DNA of 26,074 nt. Origin: Tubiluchus corallicola. Lineage: Eukaryota > Animalia > Priapulida. Numbering within the stretch: the first letter of the stretch is position 1; each line of letters opens with the position of its first letter. The position numbers were made by a program, and so were the translations under genes. Positions 11,225-23,842 of the stretch are shown here, in pieces. The DNA is taken from the NCBI GenBank assembly GCA_030141605.1, contig JAQGDQ010001771.1, forward strand, positions 1 through 26,074. The letters are read 5' to 3'. The notes beneath the pieces were generated by a model. It was not told where the DNA came from and did not search any database. It saw only the letters and a list, made by a program, of their open reading frames with translations.

Positions 11225-11643
11225 CTATCAATTACATAAAAAGGCAGAAGGAGCAAAATGACAAAACCTATCCTGGTCTGTCAATAGAGTAAAATGCTGA
11301 CAGTGCTAAACAGTAGAACGTATCCTGGTCTATCAATAGCATAAAAATGCTGACAGTGCAAAACGGTAAAACGCATCCTGGTCTATCAATAGCGTAAAAA
11401 CGCTGACATTGCAAAACAGTAAAACGCATCCTGGTCTATCAATAGCGTAAAAACGCTGACAGTGCTAAACGGTAAAACGCATCCTGGTCTATCAATAGCG
11501 TAAAAACGCTGACAGTGCTAAACGGTAAAAACATCCTGGTCTATCAATAGCGTAAAAGCACTGACAGTGCAAAATTACAATACGTATCCTGTTCTGTCTA
11601 AGTTAAAATGCTGGTAGCGCAAATTTAGCCTGTTTTCTAAGTT
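11225..11643 (+). repeat. Tandem array of 52-53-bp units (~7 copies), left arm of an inverted pair
   Basis: Unit CATCCTGGTCTATCAATAGCGTAAAAACGCTGACAGTGCTAAACGGTAAAACG. Unit starts at 11269, 11321, 11374, 11427, 11480, 11532 and 11585. Confidence 0.95.
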
Positions 11644-11931
11644 AAACGCTGAGAGAGCAAAATGATATGCAGGTACAGTGATCTAATAGCTTAGTGGAAA
11701 TGTTGCAAAAACTGTTGCAAATTTTACGTACAAATTTTAGCGAAGGCTCAAAGTGGTTAATCTTTTTTGAAAGTTTTGAAACTGATTACATAGATTGACT
11801 TAATTTGTAAGAGTTTGAATTAATTTGTATTTAAGTGACTAATTCACTGTGATGGTTGAAACAAGAAGAGAATAAGAAAGCTGATTTGAACTTTGAAAGA
11901 CTTAGTGACTGCTCAGCAGCAAAAAGCAGAG

Positions 11932-12300
11932 ATTATTATTATTATTAAAAATCTTTATTGAAAATTATGAAATCTGCAGGGCACAAAAGTACAGAAATGT
12001 TAAATAAGTCTTTACGTTATGTACATTAAATAAATTTCTTACTAGACAAGCTGATAATTTTGCGTTACGTAAATGTATAAAGCACAAAGTATGTAACTGC
12101 CGTCCTTAATAAAAGACACCTACAAAATGAGAAATGTTATAAGTGAATGCTTACTAAACTCTTAGCAAAAATTGTAGCCCAGTCTTAACTACCGAAAACA
12201 CACACGACTGCAAGTGTTTTTTTAACTCACTCCTAGATGGCAGACAAAAAGCTGCTCAGTCACCATAACAACGCCAAATCTAGCAACGCCCATTAGGGCA
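11932..12300 (-). mobile_element. Possible LINE 3' end with AATAAA and (TAA)n tail
   Basis: Minus strand ends ...CAATAAAGATTTTTAATAATAATAATAATC. The upstream boundary is a guess. Confidence 0.3.
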
Positions 12301-12489
12301 GTGTGATGTTAACACCATGGCAACCCATTGTTTCAGCTAAACCGTGGTTTGCTTCAGCGGGAAATTTAACACAATTTTTGTACAAATTATTAGAGCACGA
12401 AAAGTTTATGTCCAGCATTTGCATAAATAACATTTTGCGGTTGGCTATTTCATTATAGTAATATGTAATAATTCTGTAACACTACTGTT

Positions 12490-14115
12490 TTGGTATAAGA
12501 TTTTATTGAAGATATATATTCTCCCATAAGGGGAGTGAAATGCAAGACAGATGCAGAACAGTGGTGACCACAATGTACAAAAAATGTTGCAATAAACATG
12601 AACATTAATATTAAAGAAGAGTAACAAAGTTAATACTATTTAAAGCGCTGGTGTTTGAAATGAAAGACTGCAATTAAACAAAAAATTGAGTGTTCAAAGA
12701 ATTATCTGGGATATGGTTACCGTGCAGGAACGAACGTGCAAATTTATTTTTTTGCAAGACTGTAAAGATTGGTGTTAAAAGCTGACAAGGGAGTGCAGAG
12801 ATTTGTAAATAAGTCATGTCTGACCTGGTGGCAAAGAGGGTAGCTAATTAAATAATGACCAACTGTTTCATAAGCAGAACCACATTGACAATTAGGTGAT
12901 ACTAGCGACCCATCGTAATTTTTACATTTTCTGAGTATGTAAAAAAATCATAGTTAAGTTGAAATAAAACAACTCTAATTCTCGTATGTTGTACAGAGGA
13001 ATTTCGAGTAGCGTTTGAAAAGTAAGCATTTAAACACATGTTATTCTTTGAAGATGTGTAAAGAGTTAGAGATATCAAGAGGTAAATTATTCCAGCACTT
13101 AACTGAGGCAAGAAAAAAGAATTTACAAAAGCATTTGAGCGGCAGGTGTAATTAGAAAGTTTTCATTATTACGGACTGGATACAATTGAATCTCCTTTAC
13201 ACGAGGAGGCAAAATATTGAAAAGGTACTGGGGAGCTAAGCGATTCACAATTTTATATAAGGTGCATTAACGGAAACATTTGAAGCGCTTAGAAAAGCGG
13301 ACCAATCCTGCTTCAAACAAAATGTTTGAATGATTGGAACCTGACAGCACTGTAACACATGTGCGCTGCACTCAACTGAATATTATCAACTGGAGATTCA
13401 ACATTACGACTTAATCTGGACCATTTAATACTGTCGTACTCCAAAGTGAGTAAATAATAGTTTGAAAGTTGCAGTATAGTGGCTAGGCCTCCTAGTTTTG
13501 GCTGAACTGATGCGATTATCTCGTTTACGTGTTGTTGCCATTTTAGATCACACGGAACCAGGAGCTTAAAAAATCAACATGTTTTAAAGCTATATTATTA
13601 AAATAAAGTGGCATACGATAATGTTGCCGGATTTTACGAGAGAAGAGCATTACTTTCTGTGGATTAAATGTAACACACCCTGTATCAACACAGTGTTGCA
13701 AGGTCTCTAAATCGGAATTTAGATGCAAAGCGGAATCTACTGGGTCTGTGACTGTATCCATTATGGAAGTATCATCGGCAAAAAAACATATGTCACACTG
13801 TATATTATGTGTAATGTCATTTACACAGACAAGAAACAAAAGAGAGCCCAAAATAGAGCCCTGGGGCACCCCAGCAGCCAGGGACAAAGAACCTGATGAG
13901 GCGCCTTCCATATCAACTTGTTGACTACGACAAGATAAATAGTAAGGGACCACTGATGCCAAGCTAAGATAATTTGAATATTAGAACTTTGTGCCAGACC
14001 TTGTCAAAAGCTTTACTTACATCGAGAAAAGCTGCCCACACCTTATATCCAGAATCTAGATCAGAGTATATTTTGTGGACAATGGGTACCAATTGCTTGC
14101 TGTCCCGAAGGACAT
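12490..14115 (-). mobile_element. 5'-truncated, decayed non-LTR retrotransposon (CR1/L2 group), RT to 3' end
   Basis: AAFLDVSKAFDKVWH, GVPQGSILGSLLFLVCVNDI, FADDTSI, LNSDLETL and FNPQK. C-terminal remnants HTRIRV..LNYD and LHG..N..F. Stop near 12637 and AATAAA at 12502-12507. Confidence 0.88.
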
Positions 14116-14957
14116 AAATTGTTATTACCTCATAAATCAGCCTGTGTCTGTTTGTTATCTTTTTGCAAAAGCCATTATAAATGATTTTGATCACTTTTTG
14201 TGATTTCATTCACCATTAAATGCCTTTCTCCTTTTAACAACAGAAAGAACAACATAAAAAAATGAGAATGTCAACGATAGGAAAAATGCGAGCGACAAAT
14301 ATTCCACTCTGGAATACAAAAAATAGAACGGCCGTTATTTTTATGATATGAGTCATAAGTTTACTTATTCTCTGCTTCGAAAAATGACATTGCACAAGAT
14401 TTGTAAATTTATTTTTAGATAAACACATAGGTTGTCACGGATTCCCGTGATTGAGTTCAACTCTGCTGCTAGACTTCATTTACAGTATTGCAACTTAGTT
14501 TATTCAGGTTCCTACAACCTTTGCAAATCCACTTACAGTCACTCAGGCTGTAATTTTATATTAGGCTAATCTTGAATTATTTATAAGGGCTTCATTCTAA
14601 AGTTATAAATTTCATCGTCACTGTACAGACAGGTGACGATTTGACGCTTGCTATTACTATAAGCAAACGTCATATGGACCTCCTCTTTCGTTAGGCTATT
14701 TTTTAGCAGTTTTTCAATAGTTATGTGCTGATTTGGCCGTCATATATCTAACATTATTGTATTGCGCTTATGACATTAAATATGTGATAAAGTGATTAAC
14801 TATATATGGTTGGTTGTCCATCTGTGTTCTATTTAATGTTAGTGCTGTGATAAAAAGTAATAATGTAAATGCGCCAAATCATGTAAGTTACAACAAATTA
14901 TATTTGGGTGGCCACTGCTTCTAATCAAATGGTTGCGCGGTTTTTCTTTCAAAGACA

Positions 14958-15360
14958 CAACTCAAAAAACAGGCTAAAATTGTGCTATAAGAATTTTAAC
15001 GTAGATAGACCAGGATGCATTTTATCATTTTGCACCGTCAACATTTTACTCTATTGACAGACCAGGATGCGTTTAATCATTTTGCACAGTCAGCGGTTCT
15101 ACACAATTGCCAGACCAGGATACGTTCTACCATTTAGCACAGTCAGCATTTTACTCTATTGACAGACTAGGATAAGTCCCATCATTTTGCTCGGTCAGCG
15201 TGTTTCTCTATTGAAAAACCGGGATAGATTTTGTCATTTCGCTCCTTCTGCCTTTTTACGTAATTGATAGACTGGGACAAGTTTTGTCATTTTGCACCAT
15301 AAGCGTTTTTACTTAATGAACAGTCCTAGTTTTATCATGGTTTTCTGTCAGCGTTTTTCC
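14958..15360 (-). repeat. Inverted, more diverged copy of the 53-bp tandem array, right arm
   Basis: Repeated GACCAGGATG units. Reverse complement of 15242-15270 matches 11225-11253 (28/29), and the inner end (caggctaaa) is also shared. Confidence 0.9.
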
Positions 15361-16639
15361 TTAAAGCATTTCTATAACATTTAAGTTGCAACAGACGTTG
15401 AAAAAAACACCTCTGAGTTTTTAATGGTATGCTTTTTGGCCGAATGTAATTCGTGATAGCAATGTTATACCCCATAATTGCTTCTAAATGAATTCTCAAT
15501 CTAAAGATCGTAACAGAATTATTGGGCACATTGAGCTATTGTCGGTTTACTGACACAAGATTTTAATAACTACACAAGCAAAACCTGTTCTAAGATAAAT
15601 ATTGTCTACACTTACAGAGCTTTATTGTTTAACTCTTTACCTGACGTCTCGTCGGGTGTTCACATGTGGAATATTTACACATGAATATTAGAATGCGTAA
15701 AAATATTCTTCTTCACTGCCAAGTGCACATGAAAACATTTCAAACATGCTCAAAGTTAATAAACGGAATTTGAAAACGTCTTGAAGCAGTAATATTTACC
15801 AAAAGCTGGCAATTCTATAAATGAACATCTTAGGTGATTGAAAAGAAACTTTTTGCGCTTTAAATTAAGAATAATTTGAAAGTACTAGTCTGAACATGCC
15901 ATATGAACCGCCATTGCAAGAGATCTCGGCTGTTACTTAATAACAAACAAAATTAAGATTAAAATCGTTCATTGTGTGTAGTTTGGGCGCCAATCTGCTG
16001 GGTATAATGGAAACTGGTACTTTTCAAAATCGTAATGATTAACACAATAAAGATGCATTTGTATGCAGAAAACTTGACTCAAGTGTTTAAAAACTTTTTT
16101 TCGAAAGCAAGGTGTGAGTAAAGTGATTTGCACAAAGCATTAAAGATTATAATTAATTATTGATTATGATTATTTTATTATATTTTGACAATTTTGAAAT
16201 TATAATGAATGACTTTGGCTTAGTTCTAGCCAATTTTTTCGGGCATGTCGAATTTAATTCAACAACTACACATGAACAGCACTTTATACCACAAATAACA
16301 AACTCAACATTAATTTTCGTGGAAAGGAGCTATTTACTACTGAAGTTACCAATGTGAACATAATAATGGAACGTAAGCAATGGCAATTCGAATGCATACC
16401 ATTCGTTAACATTTCATATAATAATAAAAAAATAGGCATATCATATCTAGAAAGGTGCACTTTCTGCTTTTCGGGTGTCCCAATTCTGCTATCACCGTTA
16501 ATCTTATTACAAAATCATTGTCTCAGTGAAAGCTCTGGCACGAAAAACGGTAGGACAGTTCTGAGACGTGCGTGCAAAAAACCAAGATTCTAGAATGCGC
16601 AAAAACTTGAGATTTTATTGAAATAAGTTTTGCGCACAA

Positions 16640-17060
16640 AATTTTCCTCAAACTTCTAGAGTGCAGAACTAAAGGAGGCGGAGCAAAACTGCTGCTGATC
16701 ATAGCCGTCACGGTCACGGCTCTGGCTATGGTAGACAACTGCCAGTTTCTGGGCGTGAGCACTTGCTGTCAGACTTTCTGGGCGTGTCTTTTTCCGCTAT
16801 ATTTCCACCTGACAACCCAAGCAAATCATTTGCCTTGCAATTTTCGTGTGGCGAGCGTGAAAAACCTGCCAATAGAGGCATCTTTGCAAATTAGTATGTA
16901 CACTTAATTTCAGTGAAAGATTTAGCGTCTTTATGTGGAAGTGAAACGTGTCCATTAGCGTTTTTACGAACATTTTGTTCTTTTTACAAATTTTTAGTGA
17001 AATAGAAGTTTCATTGGTGTGATTTTGTCTTAAACTTGAAAATTTTTGGTATCGCATTTT
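16640..17060 (+). repeat. Dispersed repeat, inverted copy at 23165-23520
   Basis: Shared GGCGGAGCAAA..TGATCATAGCCGTCACGGTCACGGCTCT, TTCTGGGCGTGTCTTTTT and TTGGTGTGATTTTGTCTTAAA. Confidence 0.85.
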
Positions 17061-18496
17061 TGTGTGACGTAAAGTGTTTTTATACAGTGATTTTTTGCGC
17101 ATTGCATTTTGATCTTTTTTTGTTCTTTCCAAAATAGAGGCTGCGCTGCGTACAAGTGAAATCATGTGAATTTGTGAGTGACGTATAAGAATCAAGATAG
17201 TAAGAGTACGGTTGCTTCTTTGCTCTATTCATTAAATAATAATAATATAATAATAATTCATTAACCTTATTTTTCTGTAATCATTATTTTTTTCTTTTAT
17301 CAAATAAATTAACTCCCTTTGTTCGGTTTCATTATGAAACTGAATAATATTCATTGTTTGCTTGTGATTATTCCTATTAAACCTGATGAAGTATTTTCTG
17401 ATTTTATAAAAGTTTCTGAGATTCTTATCGTTTAAAGTAAATGACTCTTATCGTTTATAGTAAATATATAATATATTTATAGTATATATTATATAGAATA
17501 TAATTTAAAAATTGTTTAATGAAACTGACTAAAAAGATGATAATGATAATAGTAATGAAAATAAAATGACTATAATCATAAGAAAATATCAAAAAGGAAA
17601 ATACTTCAGGTTACGTTTCTCTTGGAGTTTTCTTGTAGTGTAGTGCACAGAAAAACATAATTATGCAAATTACATGGAAACTTGAGCACTGCAAAGGGAT
17701 GGAGCTCGTTAAGATGATTGATTTTGATTGTTGTTGACAAATTGGCTGTTGCTAGCTTATAGGGCCTACATCTTAGCTATCAGAGCATAAAAGATAAGAA
17801 TTTTGGTTTCTAACTATAGGTTTTCAAGGCTAGTAAATACATATCTGATGCTTAAATGCACCTATGATTGCATTGCTTTTCAAAATGGCAGCTAAAATAG
17901 CTGCAAATTTTGCATGAAATAATGCAATTGCTTGTTTTACCATAAAAGCGCTGAGACTTTACACAATGCAAAAACCCATTCTGTTGAATAATTCTAGATA
18001 TGAAGTCATTCCAGAATTATCCAATATGGTCACAGCATTCAAAATGGCGGACAAGATGGCTGTTGCCAGCTCACAATGCCCATATCTTTCAGTAATTGTA
18101 AACAGTCTACATGTTTTGTCAACTAACATGCACAAACTGTCATATCGTAGCAAGGTTATGTGTAACTGCTGGTATGGTTTCTCGAATGAATATTATAGGT
18201 ACAGTACTATATAATGTGCTAGGTGTATAATTATTCTCTGGTTAATGTCCTGAACAGGAGATGCATCCAGTACATAGATTTTCATGAAATTGTGAATTCC
18301 ATAGGCCCCAGAAAAGAACAAGTTCTGTCAGCTCTTACTGCTTGCGACCAGATTTCAGATTTTGCCAGGAAAGGAAAAAGATAGCCTTCTCTACGTGATA
18401 TGAGCTGAAGAGGTAACAGAATTTTTTTACTCTAATCTTGTTCCTAGAGCTAAGCTGCTGACTTACGACGTGTTTATGCTAAAACATTGAACTATA

Positions 18497-18811
18497 CTCT
18501 GGTATGGCAAAGAGAACACATGCATCCATGTGACGGTTGACAAAGCACAAAAATACTTATCCACAAGGAAGAAAGTGTCATTCGATGCAATATTGAAGCA
18601 TGCCATACAGGTTGCAAATCAGGCAGAACTTTTGGGACAAGGCATTAATCCCTGTCCAAAGAAAAATTTTGCTAATACAAAGTCTAAGTCATCAAAAGAG
18701 CATCAAAAACTTAAAATAACTTGTTACAAGCAAGCGAAATGGCGCTGCAGCAGATGCAAACATGCCCAAGCAAGTAATGTTTGCACTATGTATACATTTG
18801 CTTCAAAATAA
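18497..18811 (+). pseudogene. Relic of an AcademX-like transposase C-terminus (post-XPG region plus Cys-rich finger)
   Basis: LWYGKENTC..VDKAQKYLSTRK..DAILKH..VANQA..LGQ..PCP..SKSSKEHQKL..C..RC..C..CT resembles the recalled pattern LY..T...VN.AR..LF.RK..DAL..H..RA.YQA..WGQ...ASK.C.ELI.C.C...C.C...CT. Confidence 0.55.
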
Positions 18812-19009
18812 GATTACAAGTCGCTTTTAATAAATATGTAATTATAATAACAATAATAGTAGCAATAATAATAATATGTAGTAACAATAATAAACAGGTG
18901 TTCGTGATAACATTACTACTAAACACACATTCACTTTTTCTAAAAAACAATTTGCTTGAACACAATTACATATACCACAGTACTATTTTCTTTGCTTGCA
19001 ATATCATTT

Positions 19010-19235
19010 AATCAGCTGTTGAATACGAAGATCATTGTTACTTCTTTGTTAATTAAGTAAAACTTTTCCAGCCTGACTTACGGTGATGGTAAAATTTTGA
19101 GCAAGAATCAAATCCAGGTACCAACATTACTACTTGATTTGCTCCAACGTTGCATCTTCTGACTTTCTCCTTGAGGACAAGTGTTTATGTCATTTGACGA
19201 CTGTGTATGTGTTGACTTTGTCATACTAGAACGTA
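19010..19235 (-). pseudogene. Second, inverted relic of the same C-terminus
   Basis: Reverse complement aligns to 18497-18600 and 23700-23790. Retains LPSP and SGWK across a frameshift. Confidence 0.5.
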
Positions 19236-20439
19236 ACAAAATAGTAAAGCACAAATGTGAGGTAAGTCAAATGCTTGGCTCTAGGAATAATGCTTAGAGA
19301 CACCAATTTTCAACACTTACCATGTAGCCAGGCTATTTTTTTCCTTTCCTGTCAGAATCTAAAATCTGATCTCAGGCAGTATGAGCTGGCAAATTTGATT
19401 CTATCCAGGTCCTACGGTTTTCTGAAACGAAATTTCCTGAAAAGCTATATGCCTTGTGTTTTTTCCTGCTTCGGACATTAAGCAGAGAATATCAATTCAC
19501 CTAACACATGATATGATACTGTACCTAAAATATTCATTCGAGAAGCAGTACCAGCGTTCAAACATAACCTTGCCCCACTGTGACAGTATTAGTTGCATAT
19601 TAGTTGACAAACCAGGTAGACTTTATTTACAATTCCTAAAAGATATGACCCTTATGAGCTGACAACAGCTATTTTTTTCAGCCATCTTGAATGTGGCCAC
19701 GTTCGATAATTTTCCTTTGGTTTCATATCTAAAATTAATCAACCGGTTGGGAATTAGCATTTTGCAAAGTTTCATGCTTTCAAGGTTAACAAGCAATTCC
19801 ATCATTTTGTGCAACACTTACAGCCATTTTGAAATTGGGTGTAATCGTAGAGGCATATGAGCTTCAGATATGGATTCATGACCTTGATTCCTATATTTAC
19901 ACACAAAAATCCTTATCCTTTATGCTCCTATAGCTAAGATTTAGACCTTTTTAACCTAGCAATAGCCATATTGTGTTAGCCAACTAGAAAATTGCTGTCA
20001 TATTGGGCGAATTTCGAATGGCTCCATATTAAAATTGCTCACCTTAACGAACTGTAGCATTGTGCAAACAAACGCTTAATGCATTTAAAGCAAAGAGAGG
20101 ATTTTTTGACATTCTGGTGACTATATACCCATTCATTGTTAACGTCTATCTTTGACATACCCTTACATTTTGACGTCATAATTAGGCAACTTGAAATGTC
20201 TTGAAATAATTATCTCTTCAATATATATTCGCTTTGGGTTATCCAAGGTCACATTAATGGATTCTAGTACTCTAGTACTTTTTTACAGTTCTGGTAGAAT
20301 AAATAGCCATTTCTTTAGTTTATTGGTGGCCATGTTTGTTGACGTCATAATTAAGCCATTTGTAGTGCCATAATTTGATTATCGTATTCTGTGAACCAAA
20401 TACTAAGAAAACACCATAAATAGTTTTCTTGTAAATTTT

Positions 20440-21330
20440 TAAGGTAAGCCAGAAAACTGCTTTACTACAAGGACACAGATTTTTGATGGGAACTTCTTCT
20501 TACACATAGGTTGATGTCCTGTGAGAGATTTCAGGCAACTGCTCAGGAATAGGGCTACTCTGGAAGAGAAAAAATTATCAGAATTAATATAGATCTTACT
20601 TATAACAATATAACTAAATTTTTTAAGCAGGGTGATGAGTTCTCACTTCATAATATGAAATGTTTCTTTTATTGAAAGAGCGGTTTTGCAAATTGTGTAA
20701 TTGCTAACAACGAAATTATTACCCTAGAGCTACACTGAGTGGCTTGTGCTAAGTATAATTCACTATTGGTACTTAGATGCTTGCATATGGGAAAATCAAC
20801 CATTCTTGCAGTCCGGCCAATGAAACTATTATAACAGTTGTGGCATTTAACTTAAAAACTTCGATGGTCTTACAAAGACGATTTTGAGCCTCTATTTCGA
20901 GAAAAATAAATAAACTCAAATTATTAATAACATGGTTCTAACACTTGCACCATGCAGATTATAGAATTGATGCTATTGACTCTTTTGCTTCAGATATATG
21001 TAAACCAATTGAATCATGTTTGTTGCAAAACTGACATCCAAAAGTGACACCCAAAATATTCAAGCTAGAATTCAGTTTAACACACAGTATAGCTTCATCC
21101 ATGTTGCTACAAAGGAGAGTTTCTTTTCATATCATATATAAACAACAATAGCATCAGTGTTATTTTGCATGGTACAGGTATTAGTTTTTGCCAGTACAAA
21201 AAATTTCTTTGGTGCTTCGATACATAGTGAACAGTCGCCAAAGCCAAACAAAATTTTGGTGTAATAAAAAATTGCAAGAAAACGTTTTGTGATATTTTCA
21301 TGTAGTAGTTGGTCAAGAGAATAACATATC
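20440..21330 (-). pseudogene. Highly decayed transposase-like middle region, copy 1
   Basis: Direct duplicate of 24700-25620, with only scattered peptide remnants. Confidence 0.35.
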
Positions 21331-23164
21331 TGAATTATGCCGAAATTTGAGCTCAACAAGTTGCCTTATTATGACGTCAAAAAGTAAGGATATGATGTAA
21401 AAGATGGACATTGAAAATGAATGGACATGTTGTCACCAGAATGTCGAAAAATCCTCACATTATCCTTAAATGCTTTGAACGTTTGTTTGCACAGTGCTAA
21501 AGTTCATTAAGGTGATCAATTTTAATATGGAGCCATTCGAAATTCGCCCAATATGACAGCAGTTTTCGAGATGGCTAACAATATGCTAGCTTATAAAGGT
21601 CTACACCTTAGCTATTGGAGCATACAGGATAAGGATTTTGGTGTCTAAATATAGGTTATCAAGCTCATGAATCCATATCTGAAGCTCATATGCCTCTACG
21701 ATTACACCCAATTTCAAAATGGCTGTAAGTGTTGCACAAAATGATGGAATTGCTTGCTTAACCTTGAAAGCATGAAACTTTGCACAATGCTAATTCACAT
21801 CCCGTTGATTAATTTTAGATATGAAACTAAAGGAAATTATCCAATGTTGTCACAGCATTCAAAATGGCGGACAAGTTGGCTGTTGCCAGCTCATAATGGA
21901 CATATATTTTAGTAATTGTAAACAGTCTACATGTTTTGTCAACTAACATGCACAAACTGTCATATCGTAGCAATATTATGTGTAACTGCAGGTATGGTTT
22001 CTCGAATGAATATTTTAGGTACCGTATTAGATAATGCGTTAGATATATTGGTATTCTCTGGTTAATGTCCTGGACAGGGAAACGCATCGCGTACCTAGAT
22101 TTTCATGAAATTGTAAATACCATAGGCCCCTGAAAAGAACAAGATCTCTCAACTTTTACTGTTTGCCACCAGATTTCAGATTTTGCCAGGAAAGGAAAAA
22201 GATAACCTTCTCTACATGATATGAGCTGAAGCCTTAACAAAACAATTTTTACTCTAAGCATTATTCCTAAAGCTTAGTAAATATATAGCTGCACTCTGGT
22301 ATGGCAATGTCAAAGTGGTGTATGTGTTGACTTTGTCATACTAGAACGTAACAAATTTGTTATTCTCTAGGAATAATGCTTACGCTTAAAGACACCAAAT
22401 TTTTTGTTACGTCTTCAACACTTACCATGCAGCCAGGCTATCTTTCTCCTTTCCTGTCAGAATCTAAAATGTAATCTCAAGCTGTATTAGCTGGCAAATT
22501 TGATTCTATCCGGGGACTACGGTGTTCGAAATTTCCTGAAACGCTATATGCCATATGTTTTTTCTGTTTCAGGCATTAAGCAGAGAATATCAATTCACCT
22601 AACACATCGTACCTAAAATACTGTACCTAAAATATTCATTCGAGAAGCAGTAACAGGATTCAAACATAACGTTGCTGCACTGTGACAGTACGTGCATATT
22701 AGTTGACAAACCAAGTAGACTTTGTTTACAATTCCTAAAAGATATGACCCTTATGAGCTGACAATGGCTATTTTTTCAGCCATCTTGAATGTGGCCACGT
22801 TAAATAATTTTCCTTTGGCTTCATATCTAAAATTAATTAACCGGTTGGGAATTAGCATTGTGCAAAATTTCATGCTTTCAAGGTTAAGCAAGCAATTCCA
22901 TCATTTTGTGCAACACTTGCAGCTATTTTGAAATTAGATGTAATCGTAGAGGCATCTGAGCTTCAGATATGGATTCATGACTTTGATTCCTATATTTAGA
23001 CACCAAAATCCTTATCCTGTATGCTCCAATAGCTAAGGTGTAGACCTTTATAAGCTAGCATATTGTTAGCCATCTCGAAAACAGCTGTCATATTGGGCGA
23101 ATTTCGAATGGCTCCATATTAAAATTGCTCACCTTAACGAAATTTACCACTGCGCAAACAATAC

Positions 23165-23520
23165 TTAACGATACCCAGGAAAAACGCAAATTTCCAAATT
23201 TAAGACAAAATCACACCAAGCATCAATAGCACTTCAATTTCACCAAAAGATTAAAAAAACGAACAAAATTTCTGCAAAACATTAAACACGTTTCACTATT
23301 TGCACTTGATGCAGAGAAATCACACGGCAAATGGTTGGGCTTGGGTTGTTGTATGGCATTTCAAGTGGAAAAAAGACACGCCCAGAAGCTGTGATGGCAA
23401 ATGCTTACCATCAGAAACTTCAAGGCTTTGTAAGATCAAGAGCCGTGACCGTGACGGCTATGATCACCAGCTTTGCTCCGCCTTCTTAACTCTTGTGCTG
23501 CAAACGTTTCAGAAAAATTT
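23165..23520 (-). repeat. Inverted copy of 16640-17060
   Basis: AGAGCCGTGACCGTGACGGCTATGATCA, AAAAAGACACGCCCAGAA and TTTAAGACAAAATCACACCAA are exact reverse complements of blocks in 16640-17060. Confidence 0.85.
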
Positions 23521-23554
23521 GCCTCTAAGCAATATTCCTAGAGGTAATATATTC

Positions 23555-23842
23555 CAGTATTAAAAAACCAACACATGCATGAATGTGATTGCTGACAAAG
23601 CACTTAAGGACTAGTACAAAGGTAGATAGTCATTGGGTGGAGGAAAGCGAACTTGTTGTCCATTAAGCAGAACTGTTAGCACCCAGGGATTGATCCCTGG
23701 CCTAAACATTACCATTACAATGAGTCAGGCTGGAAAGGTTTTACCGAATTAACAAGAAAATCACATTGGATTTTGTATTCCAAAGCATCAAAAAAGCATC
23801 AGCTTATTAAATGTTGTTGCCAGCAAGCGAAATGGTGCAAAG
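23555..23842 (+). pseudogene. Third relic of the AcademX-like C-terminus
   Basis: One frame reads NESGWKGFTELTRKSHWILYSKASKKHQLIKCCCQQAKWCK, matching GW...W...ASK...LIKCxC. Confidence 0.55.

Noticed and set aside
11225-11643. 53-bp array as a CRISPR array
   Set aside because: Whole units repeat with no unique spacers, there are no cas genes, and the context is eukaryotic TE.
17230-17600. (AAT)n/(TA)n tract with a 23-bp tandem duplication
   Set aside because: Ordinary AT-rich low-complexity slippage.
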